Shown here piece by piece: positions 13,661 through 27,893 of a DNA stretch of 64,000 nucleotides. A model generated the notes under the pieces. It was not told the DNA's origin. It was given only the letters and a program-made list of their open reading frames with translations, and did not search any database. A program made the position numbers and the translations under genes. This DNA comes from Octopus vulgaris (taxonomy: Eukaryota): positions 110,918,001-110,982,000 of the forward strand of contig OX597820.1 of assembly GCA_951406725.2 (NCBI GenBank). The letters are read 5' to 3'. Positions within the stretch are counted from its first letter, which is position 1; each line of letters starts with the position of its first letter.

Positions 13661-14343
13661 TTTGACTCCAGATTATCTGTCTATATTTAAAATCTCTGTC
13701 ATGACAGAGGCAAAATCAGTTCCTGTAACATTGCTTTCTATACTCAATATGTTTTCTACCCTCGTTCCTAACAATATTTGTTTGTGTGGGATTATTGTTG
13801 TATCGGCGGGGGAGGGGAGTGTCCATATGTACCTGAAAGTATTCCAAAGTAAAATCTTTATTTTCTAGTCCGTGAATAGAAAAAAAATAATAATAAAATT
13901 CACAGTCAGACCTCGCAAAAATACGTCTGCTCACTACGACAGACGGCAATAAATACATCAAGAACAACAACTAATACGACGACGACGACGACAATGATGA
14001 TGACAACAACAACAGTTATATTTTTGCTTCATAAGTAGGTTCAAAACAAAAATGAAATAGATAACAGTTTCCGACCGAACTACAACAACAACAACACATT
14101 CATAAGGTAGCATTCCCTGGGAGCAGTCAATCTTTATGTAAGAACTTTCTCTTTCTGCTCTCTCAGTTACACATCTATGAAGAAAAAAGGAAAAAGGAAT
14201 GTTTTTTAAACAGTAATTATTTCCCCTCCATAAAAATGTCTCACGTCGTAAAATGTTTAATTTAGGTTAATTCATTTGCCTCAGGTAATGTCATGCTGGT
14301 GATTTATAATAAGAAAGAAACGGTATTATACATGATTACCTGT

Positions 14344-14683
14344 GGAGGCGCATGGCTCAGTGGTTAGAGCGTCGAGCTTACGATCGTGAGGTTGTGAGCT
14401 CGAATCCCGGACCGGGCTGCGTGTTGTGTTCTTGAGCAAGACGCTTTATTTCACGTTGCTCCAGTTCACTCAGCTGTAGAAATGAGTTGCGACGTCACAG
14501 GTGCCAAGCTGTATCGGCCTTTGTCTTTCCCTTGGATAACACTGGTGGCGTGGAGAGGGGAGGCCGGTATGCATGGGCGACTACTGGTCTTCCATAAAAA
14601 CAACCTTGCCCAGACTTGTGCCTCAGAGGGTAACTCTCTAGGTGCAAACCCATGGTCACTCATGACCGAAGGGGGTCTTTACC
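14344..14683 (+). mobile_element. tRNA-derived SINE family C
   Basis: Head ggaggcgcatggctcagtggttagagcg...ctcgaatccc. TSD ttacctgt (14336-14343 / 14679-14686). Confidence 0.8.
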
Positions 14684-15131
14684 TGTGGCATTGTAATGAG
14701 CAAAACAAAAATTAGATATGAATATTCTATGCAAATTTTTCCTTGGTTTTCTATTTAAAATTCAAACTTCTAATCTCATTAAGATTTATCTTGAAATAAT
14801 TGACTCTTTTGTAATAACTGGCAACCAGGGCACAATACATTATTGACAGGTGCGATACCTAATTGTATACATACATACATTCATATATACATACATCCAT
14901 ATATGCATACATACATGTATATATACATGCATACATACGTGCATGCATACATACACACACACATTCGTATGTACGTGTATACATACATAGATAAATACGT
15001 ACACACATACATACATACATACATACATACATACATAAATACATACATACATACATACATACATACATACATACATAAATACATACATACATACATACAT
15101 ACATACATACATACATACATACATACATACA

Positions 15132-15163
<32 letters not shown>

Positions 15164-15465
15164 CATATATGTAATTCCGTCTACCGCATATATGTATTTA
15201 CCATAAAAATCTATGGACGATTCAGTGGAATGCTAATGCGTATACAAAAATTTATATAAACTGCTAGACGCAATGGGGTTTCTTGAGTCTGTTACCTCTC
15301 CTGTCAGCATGTGTGTATACATTTGCGCGCTTCCTACAGCATTAAGAGAATTTTAACTTTTATTTCTAGCAATGTAGGTGTCTTGTCACCCTTAGTCACA
15401 CTTAGGGATGATTTAATTTTCCTTTTTGGTATCACGTTGCGCCTAGCTGTTTATATTATATTATA

Positions 15466-15579
<114 letters not shown>

Positions 15580-15699
15580 TGTATGTATGTATGTATGTAT
15601 GTGTGTGCGTGTATGTATATGTGTGTGTGTGTGTATCAGTAAATGAGTGAGCGAGCGAGTGAGTGAGTGTTTATGTGCGTATGTGCCTAGAAAGGCAGA

Positions 15700-16340
15700 C
15701 TATATACTAATCTAGTGTAGATGTAGTTAAGGAAGCCGAAAGAAGTGTGGATGTTGTGAGAAAGAATTACTGACTGAGAAACCAATATTTCATGATTCCA
15801 GGAACCGATTTATCAATCTCACAATGGTTTCAGATCGATTATACAAAGGCATATGACATGATTCCTCAATCCCGGATAATAGAATGTTTTGAGATGGTAA
15901 CAGAGATAGTGGAGACTATCAGAATGCTGATAGTTAAGATTAGCAGTGAATGGGTGAAAAAAAAAAAATACAATATTAATTCTGTCGGAGAGTTAGGAAA
16001 TATTAAGATCAATAGAAACAATTTGACGGTGTCTGTTTTCTCTATGTAGTATAAGCGATAACTTCACCACTGCTACAAAAATGATGATAGATAGATTTAT
16101 AATGAAAGGCAGACATCATAAATCGCCTTCCATTGACAGACTGACTCGAAAGCATTCCTTAACAGAAAGAATCTACAGGATCTTGAGTAGAAATTGTTTA
16201 TTTTTTCAATGGAGACATCGGAATAGAATTTGGGCTTAAAATATGGAGGTTTAATTATATAAAGAGGAAATATAAGGGAAATTAATGAGACGCAATCAGA
16301 AAATTATTTGATATAGAGATACTAAAGACTATAAATGACC
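15700..16340 (+). mobile_element. Highly decayed R4/Dong-like RT fragment
   Basis: IDYTKAYDMIPQSRIIEC motif. Confidence 0.5.
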
Positions 16341-16932
16341 GAGTCATGATGATGATTATGATAATGAGGATAAGGATGATGAGGATGACGATAATGACCA
16401 TCATCATCGTTGTGGTCGTCGTTGTCATTTTTATCATTAGTGTTATCAACTCTGCAGCAGCAGAGGCAATTAGGCGACTCCACTCTTAAGTTTCATAATA
16501 AACTGTGGTTCTGCCCAACGATGTGATATATTAAGGAAGTTATTAAAATGTTAAAGTTATTAAAAATTGAAGCCCATTAGTGACTTTTGGGACACCCTGT
16601 ACATATTATTGATTTTATCAAAATTGAAACTGAAAGTTTCTCCCGCGACACGTGTTTCACGTTATTGTTTTCGCCTGGAGAACACATTGGCGTGAGACCT
16701 GCTTCAATTTCAATAAAATACCCATACGCTACCCTCTCATTCATCCGGTATAAACCAATGTACTTACAGAGTGTGCGTGTGTGTGTGTAAATAATGCTTT
16801 ACTTTATTGTATGTTTTATTTTATTTTTCGCTTTATTTTTCTTAATTACTCCCTATCTTTGTCTATAAAGTCACTATGCAGTATTAAACCCCAGCGAAAC
16901 TGAGTTTACTTAACAAGATACCCCCTTTAACA

Positions 16933-17036
16933 TCACCTGAGATGATGCCTCTGCACCGAGGGATGCACTACAACCAGTTATACAGTATCTCAATCGCGGG
17001 AGACTGATGCAAGATGCGTCGAAATGATCGTTGTGA
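16933..17036 (+). ncRNA. Degenerate hammerhead motif
   Basis: tcac-CTGA.GA-tgatgcctctgca...tgcaagatgcgtc-GAAA-tgatcg-TT-gtga. The core has a 1-nt deletion. Confidence 0.4.
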
Positions 17037-17097
17037 CCAATAAAGTTTATCATATATGCCAATTTCTGTCTCTATCATTTGTTCTCTGTGTGTGTGT

Positions 17098-17137
<40 letters not shown>

Positions 17138-17857
17138 TTGATCGTCGATGCCATTGCACGCTTTCAACCGCTGTTTCACCCTGACTCTGATTAACACTCT
17201 GCAGTTACTACACATGGGAGACAGACCCGAGGACAAATCAGATGGATGAAAAACTGCATTTTCGGTGTTCAGTGAATGAATTTAAAACTGGTAATGGGCT
17301 GTCCTTTATTCTTCCGACTGTATCGTGCATTTCCCTTTAAACTATTGCACACTATTTATGCAGTAAGTCTTTCAAGATCCTTTGCAGGCTTTGCACGGGT
17401 AGTGAAGATGGGCTTCAATAGGATGAAATGCAAAATCTGCCTCGGTGTGATATGAACTCAGTATGTCAACGATCGTAGCTAAATACAGAAAGGCTCGACG
17501 CTCTAACGATTCTCCTTACCGTCTGTGTGTGTGTGTGTGTGTGTGCGTATGTGTGCAAATACAGATATACCTACCTACCTACCTACCTTCTTATTTACAT
17601 GCATACATACATACATACATACATACATACATGCATACATACATACATACATACATACATACACATACATACATACATACATACATACATACATACACGC
17701 ACAAAACCACACACACACAACTACACACACACGCACTCACACACACATTTAGCTTAGGCATTCCTTTGCTTCCTTTGTCATCGCATTTTCTTATGTGTGT
17801 GTGTGTATGTGTGTGTGTGTGTATGTGTGTGTGTGTGTATGTGTGTGTGTGTGTGTA

Positions 17858-18000
17858 GCTGTGTGGTAAGTAGTTTGCTTACCAACTACATGGTTCCGGG
17901 TTCAATCCACTGCGTCGCACCTTGAGTGTCTTCTATAGCCTTCAGCCGACCAAAGCCTTGTGAGTGGATTTGGTAGACGGAAACTGAAAGAAGCCCGTCA
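17858..18000 (+). mobile_element. SINE family A 5' half (partner of 24960-25185)
   Basis: gctgtgtggtaagtag...gaagcccgtca + (TA)n. Confidence 0.8.
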
Positions 18001-18138
18001 TATATATGTATATATATATAATAAATTCAGGGTGAATACTTGATAAATGTAAGCACCTGTATATGCCAGCTAGTAGCATAGGTGAGAGGATATATGTATC
18101 AAATGAAATAAAATGAAAAACAGGACACAAAGGATGTC

Positions 18139-18230
18139 GCGGTACATATGTTTCGAGCTTTATAGAAGAACTTATTCTTACATCAATGCATAATCGACAT
18201 AACAGATAGTTCAAAACCCTCTTCAGCCGC
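18139..18230 (-). ncRNA. Type-I hammerhead ribozyme in a PLE terminal fragment (~18020-18390)
   Basis: Minus strand: gcgg-CTGAAGA-gggtttt...aaagctc-GAAAC-ATAT-GTA-ccgc. Confidence 0.75.
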
Positions 18231-18483
18231 ATGGAATTGCTACACCAAAGACTTGTATCACATTATGAAAGGTTTGAGAAAGAACATTTGGTATTATTTA
18301 TAATGGTAGGTAAACCGAGTATCACTGGGAAAGTATGTTTGTAAATCTTCATACTCAAATAGGCGTACATAGTATTATTAGACTCCAAACGTATGTATGT
18401 ATGTATGTATGTGTACGCAGGTGTGTGTATGCGTGAACATGTGTGAACATGTACAGACGCATATATGTATGTGTATATATGTA

Positions 18484-18595
<112 letters not shown>

Positions 18596-18731
18596 ATATG
18601 TGTGTGTGTGTATATGTGCGTGTATGTGTAGGTATATGCATGTGTGTATGTGCATATATGTGTATGTGTGTATATATATGTATATATATATACGAAAGAA
18701 GGTTTGAAAATGCAATTTAAAAGATGTTTAT

Positions 18732-18776
18732 TTATTTTACCGGTTTCACTCTTTGGAAAAAGATTATCAAAAGTAA
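18732..18776 (-). ncRNA. Hammerhead-like motif with U3-A8 core (sense pLTR copy)
   Basis: ttactt-TTGATAA-tcttt-ttcc-aaaga-gt-GAAAC-CG-GTA-aaataa. Confidence 0.55.
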
Positions 18777-20360
18777 CATGTGGAAGTTTGGTTGCGTTAA
18801 TTATTGGTTGTTGCAAATTGCTACATTACATATATATATACAGTCTTTGGAAACAGGGACATGTTAAGGACATAAAAAAGTACAACAGTATGTTGGGAAT
18901 ATAAAGAGGTTTAACAAGCTCATTGAAAAATGGGCAGAAAAGATTAAAACAAATATATTATACATCTCAGGGTAATTTCCAGGACGAATTATTAAAAAAA
19001 TTCAGTACAGAATATTATGAATTCAAAAAGATTTACATTAATGTAGTGGCGAGGTTGTTACTGACCTGTCCGTTTTAGCATAAATGTGGAATTGAAAAGG
19101 ATGTATCCTTTTTTTCTTTTTTTGGCTTTCCTTCAAGCATCAATGATTTTGGGGTTAGGATGAGGTGAATATGTGTGTCTCTGCGTGTATGTGTGTGTGC
19201 ATACATATACATGTGGTGTGAATAGATGTGTCTGTGTGTCTGTAGTATTTGGTCAGGTGGTGTCTGTTTGTCAAACGTGTGTGTGGTTGTCATGGTGTTG
19301 TGTGTGTGTGTGTGTTTGTGTGCGTGTGTACGCATGTATGTGTGTGGATGGCATTTGACATGGTGCTGCGTGTGTATACATGTGTGCCTGCATGGAGGTG
19401 AGATTGGTGTGAGTGTGTGTATCCCTGTGTGCGTGCACATACACGTATACAAGTGTCTGTGTGTGTGTGGGGGGCTGTTTTTGATTGGTTCCAGGGTGGT
19501 GTAAATAGATGTGTGTTGTTTAAAGAATTTTTTGGGGTAGGATGGTGTGCGCATATGCGTGCCCGCCCGCGCGCGCGCGTCTACGCGTGTGTGCGGGTCA
19601 TACACACACACTGCATACACACATACACACACACACACATCATACACATACAGACCAAACACACACACATCTCACCCCCCCACACCCCCACACACACACA
19701 CACACACACACACAACACACACACACACACACACACATACATACAGAATACACACACACACAACGCACATACATATAATACACACACACAACACACAAAT
19801 ATAACATATATTTATATATAATATACACACATATAACACACACACACAACACACACACACATAACATACACACACACAACACACGCACACATACATACAT
19901 AATATAAATACAACACATATACACCTAACACATATATACATACAATACACATACACAGCATATATATAATACACATACACAATATATACATATAACATAC
20001 ATACACAATACATACATACAATATATATATATAGACAATGCATATACATATATACATATATATATATATATGATGTTTACATACACATACATAAATATAC
20101 CACATATACACACAATATACATACAATGTATACATATACATATACACATACATATAACATATATATACACAACATACACATACACAATGCATACACATAT
20201 ATACATATAATGTATATACATGTATCCATGCATATACAACACATATACAATATACATACATGCAATGCATATATACACATACATATACACATAATGTACA
20301 CATACATATACAACACACATACCTATAATATACATATACACAATGCACATACATATAATG

Positions 20361-20398
<38 letters not shown>

Positions 20399-20825
20399 CA
20401 TATATACACACACATATATATACAATGCACACACACACACACAAAATACATACATATAACGTACACACAGATATATATATATACATACCACACACACAAA
20501 CAATGTATTCACATATACACACACACAATGCATACACACACAAACACAACACACACATATATACATATATATAACACATATACACACATAAATACATACA
20601 CACACAATGCACACACACACACATGCACACACACACACAACGCACACACACACACAACCCACACAACACACACACACATACATAACATACATATATATAA
20701 TGCATGCGCGTGTGTGGTCAATACCCGCTAGTGCGCCCTATGTGTGCATGTGTCCGCCTGCATGATACGCTGCGAGTGTGCGCGTGTCTTTGTGTGCTTG
20801 TTCTGGATGTGTGCCTAGGGGTATG

Positions 20826-23010
20826 TTAGAGTATGTTTAGTTGTAGTCTGTATTTTTGAATAAGATTACTTTCCCTATTTATTCGTGTTTGGTCTGTGGT
20901 GTCATCCGAGCATTGGTATAGTGGGAAGACTAAGAATTTGGGGTACTTATTGTGTGCACAAAGGTCTAAGTGTCCACTTAGTGGTATCTGTCTTGTGGTG
21001 GGGTCCCTCAGTTGTTGTCGGTGAACTGTCATTCTTTCTCTGAGGGTAAGGCTCGTTTGCCCTATGTAGTCTTCGTGGCACCCTTCACACCTTATGACGT
21101 AGAGTAAATTTTTTGATGCGCACGTGAAATTATTTTTTATGATGAATGTGTGTCCCGACCGGAACTTGTACGTCGATCCCTCAATGAGGTGGATGCAAGT
21201 CCTGCAGTTGGGGCGACCACATTTTTTGATGGTGGGCGGTGGGTTTGTGTTGTGTAATTTTGCGTTGGTGAGGAGGTTTTTTATGGATTTAGGTTGTCTC
21301 TTACTTTTTATTATTTTATGAGCTGCCAGTAATTTTTTCAGGCGTGGGTCTTGATTTATTTGTGGAATGTTGTTGTATATAATAGTGTAAGCTTCTGCAT
21401 TCCTTGGTTTGTGTGTTGAGAGATAGGGGCGGCTATTTACTGTACTGTGGATGTGTTTAGGTTTTCGTAGGTCTTGAGTGTTGATTGATTTGGCCCGTTC
21501 TATTCCGTTGTCTACTAGTGATGCCGGGTAATGTCTTTCGAGAAGAATTGCCCTTAGTTCCCGGAGTCTTCTATTTCGTGTTGTGTCATTTGAGACAATT
21601 GTGCAGATTCTTCTCGCTAGGTTGAAGGGGATATTTGTCTTTGTGTGTTTTGGGTGATTAGAGGTGAATAGAAGGTATTGTTTAGAGTCAGTGGGTTTGT
21701 AATGGATGTCAGTTTCAATGTTGACGCCTTTTTTAATGATTAGAATGTCAAGAAAAGGGAGTTGGTCCTGACTATATTCCATTGTGAATTGAATGTTGTT
21801 ATTTACACTGTTGATAAGGTTTTTGAAGTCAGTAAGTTGGTCGAGTGTGTGGGACCATAGGATAAGGCAATCATCTAAGTAGCGTTTCCAGTTCTCCAAC
21901 AGGTATTTGTGGAAAGACTGGCCGTACTTATATTTGGATTTTTCATAGATATGTGATTCCAGGTAGGCCATCACCAGGTTTGCATAGATAGGTGCAACTT
22001 TCGTACCCATTGCAGTTCCTGAAACCTGTCTGTAAGTGTTGTTATTGAAATTCATGAAGTTGTTTTGCAGAATAAATTTGAGGCCCTCAATGATGAATTC
22101 TTTTTTTATTCTTTCCGGGATCTCATTGGGATATTTATCCAGCCAGAATTTAATGGCTTCCAGTCCATATTCATGTGGGATTGTGGTGTAAAGATTAATT
22201 ACATCAAAGGAAACGATTAAAGTGTCTTTATCGGTATGTTTGGGGAGATGATTTAATAGGTCCAGGTCATCTCTTACAATACTTGGAATGTGTTTCAGTA
22301 TTGGTTTTAGGATGATATCTATAAAGTTGCTAAGTCTGTGTGTTTCACAACTTGGGCCTGCCACTATTGGTCTCAGTTTGAAATCAGTGGGATGTGGTAT
22401 AGTGATGCAGGTTGAAGTGGACTTTTTGCAAGCTTCTGTGATAATTTGACTCTTGTGTATTTTTGGAAGCCCATAGAGTGTGCTGGTTTTGCAATTAAAG
22501 TTTGTAATGTAGTCGCATTCCTTTGCTGTTAAGTCATTCCGGTGTTGGTAAATGAGTGCCTTCAGTTTGGTCATTGTTTTGGATTGCTGGTAGTCGACTA
22601 CTCTTTCATAGTATGTGGTATCCTCTAAAAGGAGAGATACAGAGTTTTTATACTGCTCAGTATTCATAACAACGACCGTACTACCCTTATCAGCTTCCTT
22701 TATTGTGACGTCATGATTGTCTCGTAGCGTATGGATGATTTTCCATTCACTTTTACTGGTGTTGGGTTTGGGTTTAGGTTGTGGGAGTTCACCATAAGGA
22801 AAGTTTGAGATGTAATCGCAAAATTTGTCTAAGGTTTTGTTTTTGCCTTTTATGGGATTATAGCTGCTTTTGTTACGGACCATTGATTCGTCGTTATTAT
22901 TAGTTTCCTTGTCAAAACATTCCTCTGTGAGGCGTAATTTTCTGCAAAAGTGTGAGATGTCATCCTGTATTTCCCTCAGGTTAGGGTATTGCGGAGTTAG
23001 GGTGAGTTGG
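20826..23010 (-). CDS. PLE reverse transcriptase - GIY-YIG endonuclease polyprotein (5'-truncated, no internal stops)
   Basis: LRPIVAG, SFDVINLYT, GTAMGT, WKRYLDD, LPFLDI, CGRPNCRTC linker, LLYVIRC..C..DYIGQT, RERMTVH, RESNLIQ. The first ~25 aa of the ORF-track call come from the inverted arm. Confidence 0.92.
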
Positions 23011-23855
23011 GGTGTATGTAGTGTGTGTGTATGGCCCGCACACACGCGTAGACGCGCGCGCGCGCGGACGGGCACGCATATGCGCACACCATCCTACCCC
23101 AAAAAATTCTTTAAACAACACACATCTATTTACACCACCCTGGAACCAATCAAAAACAGCCCCCCCACACACACACAGACACTTGTATACGTGTATGTGC
23201 ACGCACACAGGGATACACACACTCACACCAATCTCACCTCCATGCAGGCACACATGTATACACACGCAGCACCATGTCAAATGCCATCCACACACATACA
23301 TGCGTACACACGCACACACACACACACACAACACCATGACAACCACACACACGTTTGACAAACAGACACCATATAACCAAATACTACAGACACACAGACA
23401 CATCTATTCACACCACATGTATATGTATGCACACACACATACACGCAGAGACACACATATTCACCTCATCCTAACCCCAAAATCATTGATGCTTGAAGGA
23501 AAGCCAAAAAAAGAAAAAAAACGGGTACATCCTTTTCAATTCCACATTTATGCTAAAACGGACAGGTTAGTAACAACCTCGCCACTACATTAATGTAAAT
23601 CTTTTTGAATTCATAATATTCTGTACTGAATTTTTTTAATAATTCTTCCTGGAAATTACCCTGAGATGTATAATATATTTGTTTTAATCTTTTCTGCCCA
23701 TTTTTTCAATGAGCTTGTTAAACCTCTTTATATTCCCAACATACTGTTGTACTTTTTTATGTCCTTAACATGTCCCTGTTTCCAAAGACTGTATATATAT
23801 ATGTAATGTAGCAATTTGCAACAACCAATAATTAACGCAACCAAACTTCCACATG

Positions 23856-23900
23856 TTACTTTTGATAATCTTTTTTCAAAGAGTGAAACCGGTAAAGTAA
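23856..23900 (+). ncRNA. Hammerhead-like motif with U3-A8 core (inverted pLTR copy)
   Basis: ttactt-TTGATAA-tcttt-tttc-aaaga-gt-GAAAC-CG-GTA-aagtaa. Perfect 6-bp stem I. Confidence 0.6.
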
Positions 23901-23979
23901 ATGAACATCTTTTAAATTGCATTTTCAAACCTTCTTTCGTATATAATTCCACTCGTGCGATGCCCACAACTCAACTTTG

Positions 23980-24080
<101 letters not shown>

Positions 24081-24094
24081 TGTATGTATATGTA

Positions 24095-24149
<55 letters not shown>

Positions 24150-24959
24150 ATTGAGGTTGACATGGGGTGTGTAATGATACCTACATCCGGACATATCACT
24201 AGTCACAGGAGACATGTTTATATATGTGAGAGTGGGTAAGTATGTAGACACACACGTACACACATACAAGATAGGCTTAAAGCATGTAACGTGGGACTGC
24301 TATAAACTGACCACTCGCCTCAACTACATCATATTTCACTCCTCTCCCCCACCCCGATAATTAAAATAAATTTACGACGCTCACCACAGCATCAGAACTT
24401 TAACCCATTACTTCTCTATCTTAATCCTTTTGTCTTTACGACCGCTTTGTATACTTTTGTATCTTTTTATCTTTATCTCATTTTATCTTTATTTTTGTTT
24501 TTTTATATTTTATTCTTTATTTTTTGTACATTTTACACTTTCACAATACATTTCTAGAATTTATGACCCTATTCCTGACGTTCTTTATATCTTTATATAT
24601 TTATATTTTTACATCTTTACCTTTTATTATATTTTATATTTTATCATCTTTTATAATTATATTTATATTTATATATATTTTATGTGATCCAAACTTCATT
24701 AACGTTTCCTCCCCTTCCCCTCTTTTCTCCTTTTTCTCTTTCTCTTTCTCTCAACATCCAATCCTCCCTTTTTTCCTTCCCTTAGAAGAAGAATGAACCC
24801 AACCGGAATCTACCCAGTATTCACTCTATATTGAGTGAGAAAACGATTTTTTGGAGTCTAATAATACTCTGTACACCTATTTGATTATAAAGATTTACAA
24901 ACATACTTTCCCAGTGATACTCTGTGTGTGTGTGTGTGTGTGCGTGTGTGTGTGTGTGT

Positions 24960-25185
24960 GTATGTTTGTGTGTCTGTGTTTGTCCCCCCAACATCGCTTC
25001 ACAACCGACGGTGGTGTGTTTATGTCCCCGTAATTTAGCAGTTCGGCAAAAGAACCGATAGAATAAGTACTAGGCTTACAAAGAAAACGTCCTGGGGTTG
25101 ATTTGCTCGATTAAAGGTGGTGCTCCAGCATGACCACAGTCAAATTACTGAAACAAGTAAAAGAGTAAAAAGAGAGTAAAGAGTA
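24960..25185 (+). mobile_element. SINE family A 3' half
   Basis: gtttgtgtgtctgtgtttgtccccc...ctgaaacaagtaaaagag. Confidence 0.8.
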
Positions 25186-25754
25186 TATATATGTATAGAT
25201 AGATAGATACCTGTATGTGTGTACACACACATACATTCACACACATCACACGTATATGTACGGAGAGCAAACATACGTTGACATATAGATAACACACAGA
25301 GAGAAACTATCTATATATAGCAACACAAGTATCGAAGTTTATCAGCCAAACAAAAAGACATACGCCTCCACACAAGTCTTAAAACGAAATAATCTAATTT
25401 AAGCTATTTCCAACGCAGTGATATTTTAAGTTGCATCTCATTTACTATTGTATCTTCTCTGAAAATCTTACATTTCGCCTACAAAATTTCTTTTCCAACG
25501 AGTTCCATCGTTACTATCCTTCCAAGAATATACTGAAGCTTTTCTTTTGAAGAAATTTGCAATTTTCTGCAAAGTTACTCAGTCTTTTATCCAAAATTTA
25601 CTGTCGTTTTCTTATCTATTTGATATTAGTAAATGTCCGCCAGCCAGTAGTCGTGACATAAGTCTATTTTATTACTCAATGCGTTTTAGTTTCGGAAAGC
25701 CGACAATGAAATTTAAAATAATAACAATGATGATGATACTTATGATAATAACCT

Positions 25755-26665
25755 ACTATAGGCACAAGGCCTGAAATTTTGGCGGAAGCCCCTAGTCGAT
25801 TACATCCACCCCAGTGCTCACCTGGTACTTGTTCCATCGACCCCGAAAGGGTGAAAGCAAAATCGAACTCGATGGAATTTGAACTTGGAACGTAGAGAGG
25901 GATAAAATGTCGCTAAGCTAAAGATTCTGTCAGCTCGCAGCCTCAGCAGCTTCAAATTCTGTCGACCCCAGATTTTGAATGATTAATATTTTATCAACTC
26001 CAAAAGAATTAAAGTCAACCTAAAAAGAATTTGAAATCAGAGTGTAAAGACGGAGGAAAAGCTGCGAAACATTTTGTGCGGCGTGCTAACAATTCTTTTC
26101 TACTCTAGGCACAAGGCCCGAAATTTTGGGGGAGGGGGCCAGTTGATTAGATAGATCCCAGTACGCAACTGGTACTTAATTTATCGACCCCGAAAGGATG
26201 AAAGGCAAAATCGACCTCGGCGGAATTTGAACTCAGAACGTAAAGACAGAAGAAATACATATTTCTTTACTGCTCACAAGGGGCTACACACAGAGGGGAC
26301 AAACAAGGACAGACAAACTGATTAAGTCGATTATATCGACCCCAGTGCGTAACTGGTACTTATTTAATCGACCCCGAAAGGATCAAAGGCAAAGTCGACA
26401 TCGGCGAAATTTGAACTCGGAACGTAGCGGCAGACGAAATACCTATTTCTTTACTACCCACAAGGGGCTAAACACAGAAGGGACAAACGAACGGTTTAAG
26501 TCGATTACATCGACCCCAGTACGTAACTGGTACTTATTTAATCGACCCCGAAAGGATGAAAGGTAAAGTCGACCTCGGTTGAATTTGAACTCAGAACGTA
26601 GCGGCAGACGAAATACGGTTACGCATTTCGCCCGGCGTGCTAACGTTTCTGCCAGCTCGCTACCT
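25755..26665 (-). mobile_element. Cluster of family B SINEs including a trimer (26105-26665)
   Basis: Repeated atcgaccccgaaaggatgaaaggcaaagtcgacctcggcggaatttgaactc core. A single head at ~26660. Confidence 0.85.
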
Positions 26666-26726
26666 TTGAGTGATGACGCTAACAATAATAACGACAAGAA
26701 CAACAACATGATAATGATGACGATAA

Positions 26727-26775
<49 letters not shown>

Positions 26776-26981
26776 AATTTCTGGATGCTGCTGTCTTTTG
26801 AAGTTTTCCTATCTTGTCGTTAAAACCACGAAATTGGGAGTAATAAACAGTCCGATAACTGATGAGGAATTTATCCTCTTTTGGTATTTTGTCCTGCACT
26901 TTTCTCTCGTGTATTTACATATTTTTCACTCGTTGGTGATGTCATATACTCAATGTGCATATACATACATACATACATACA

Positions 26982-27103
<122 letters not shown>

Positions 27104-27359
27104 TAAATAAAATAAAACATATGCATATAAATAAACATATATGTACGTACCTACCTCTACATGTACATATACACGCATATATGAGTACAGGACACCAAAA
27201 AGGACGTCGAACACAATGAGAAACGAAAACATAGACACAAACCAAAGGAACTGAACATTTATTTAAAAACAGCAAAAAAATAGAATACAGGACAATTAAC
27301 ACAAAGAAAAAAAACCCTTCTTCAGTCGCTAAAGCTTTCATCTACTCTACATGGTTTAA

Positions 27360-27830
27360 CCTGATGATAGTGATGTTTGTGCCTGTTTTCATTGTCTTTC
27401 TATTGATTTATCTTGTGTTGTTGTTATTATATCATTTAGTTTTATTTTCTTTGAGCTGCTAATTCTTTTCATCTTGCGAATTTATTTTTAGAACTATTTC
27501 TGCATTTAAATTGTTGTCATACTCAAAATTTCCATTTAATATTTTGCTCATTTTCCCTTTTATTCAAATTTTCATTTGTGATGTTCTGGGTTATCTCCTG
27601 ATTAAATTTTGTTGTGTTTCATTAATTTGTTTTCTAGACTACTAAGTCTATCTTCAGATATCACATTGTCAATCTAATTGAGTTTAATGTTTGTTTTATT
27701 CTCGCTTGTTTCATTTCTTTGCCCTTTGTTTCAATTTTCGATATGGACTCTTTCAAGTATTCTATTTCTACGTCTGATATATTTTAGTTTTGAGAATATT
27801 TCTTCTTAAATTAGCTAGTTACTGTTAGCA
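27360..27830 (-). mobile_element. Decayed R4/Dong-like N-terminal fragment
   Basis: Minus-strand K/N/E-rich remnant (L..RNI.K.KI.SDVEIEYLK). Weak. Confidence 0.35.
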
Positions 27831-27834
27831 GAGA

Positions 27835-27893
<59 letters not shown>

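Noticed and set aside
14344-14420. tRNA gene-like sequences (also 46474, 59936, 26660)
   Set aside because: They continue into repeat bodies with tails or TSDs and lack a clean cloverleaf and terminator, so they are SINE heads.
23011-23087. ATG at 23087 as the native PLE start
   Set aside because: It lies in the inverted pLTR arm. The paralog shows the real N-terminus (IINLS..KFTPTP) is missing.
20826-23087. Naiad/Chlamys-type or selenoprotein PLE
   Set aside because: The endonuclease is C-terminal and there is no in-frame TGA.
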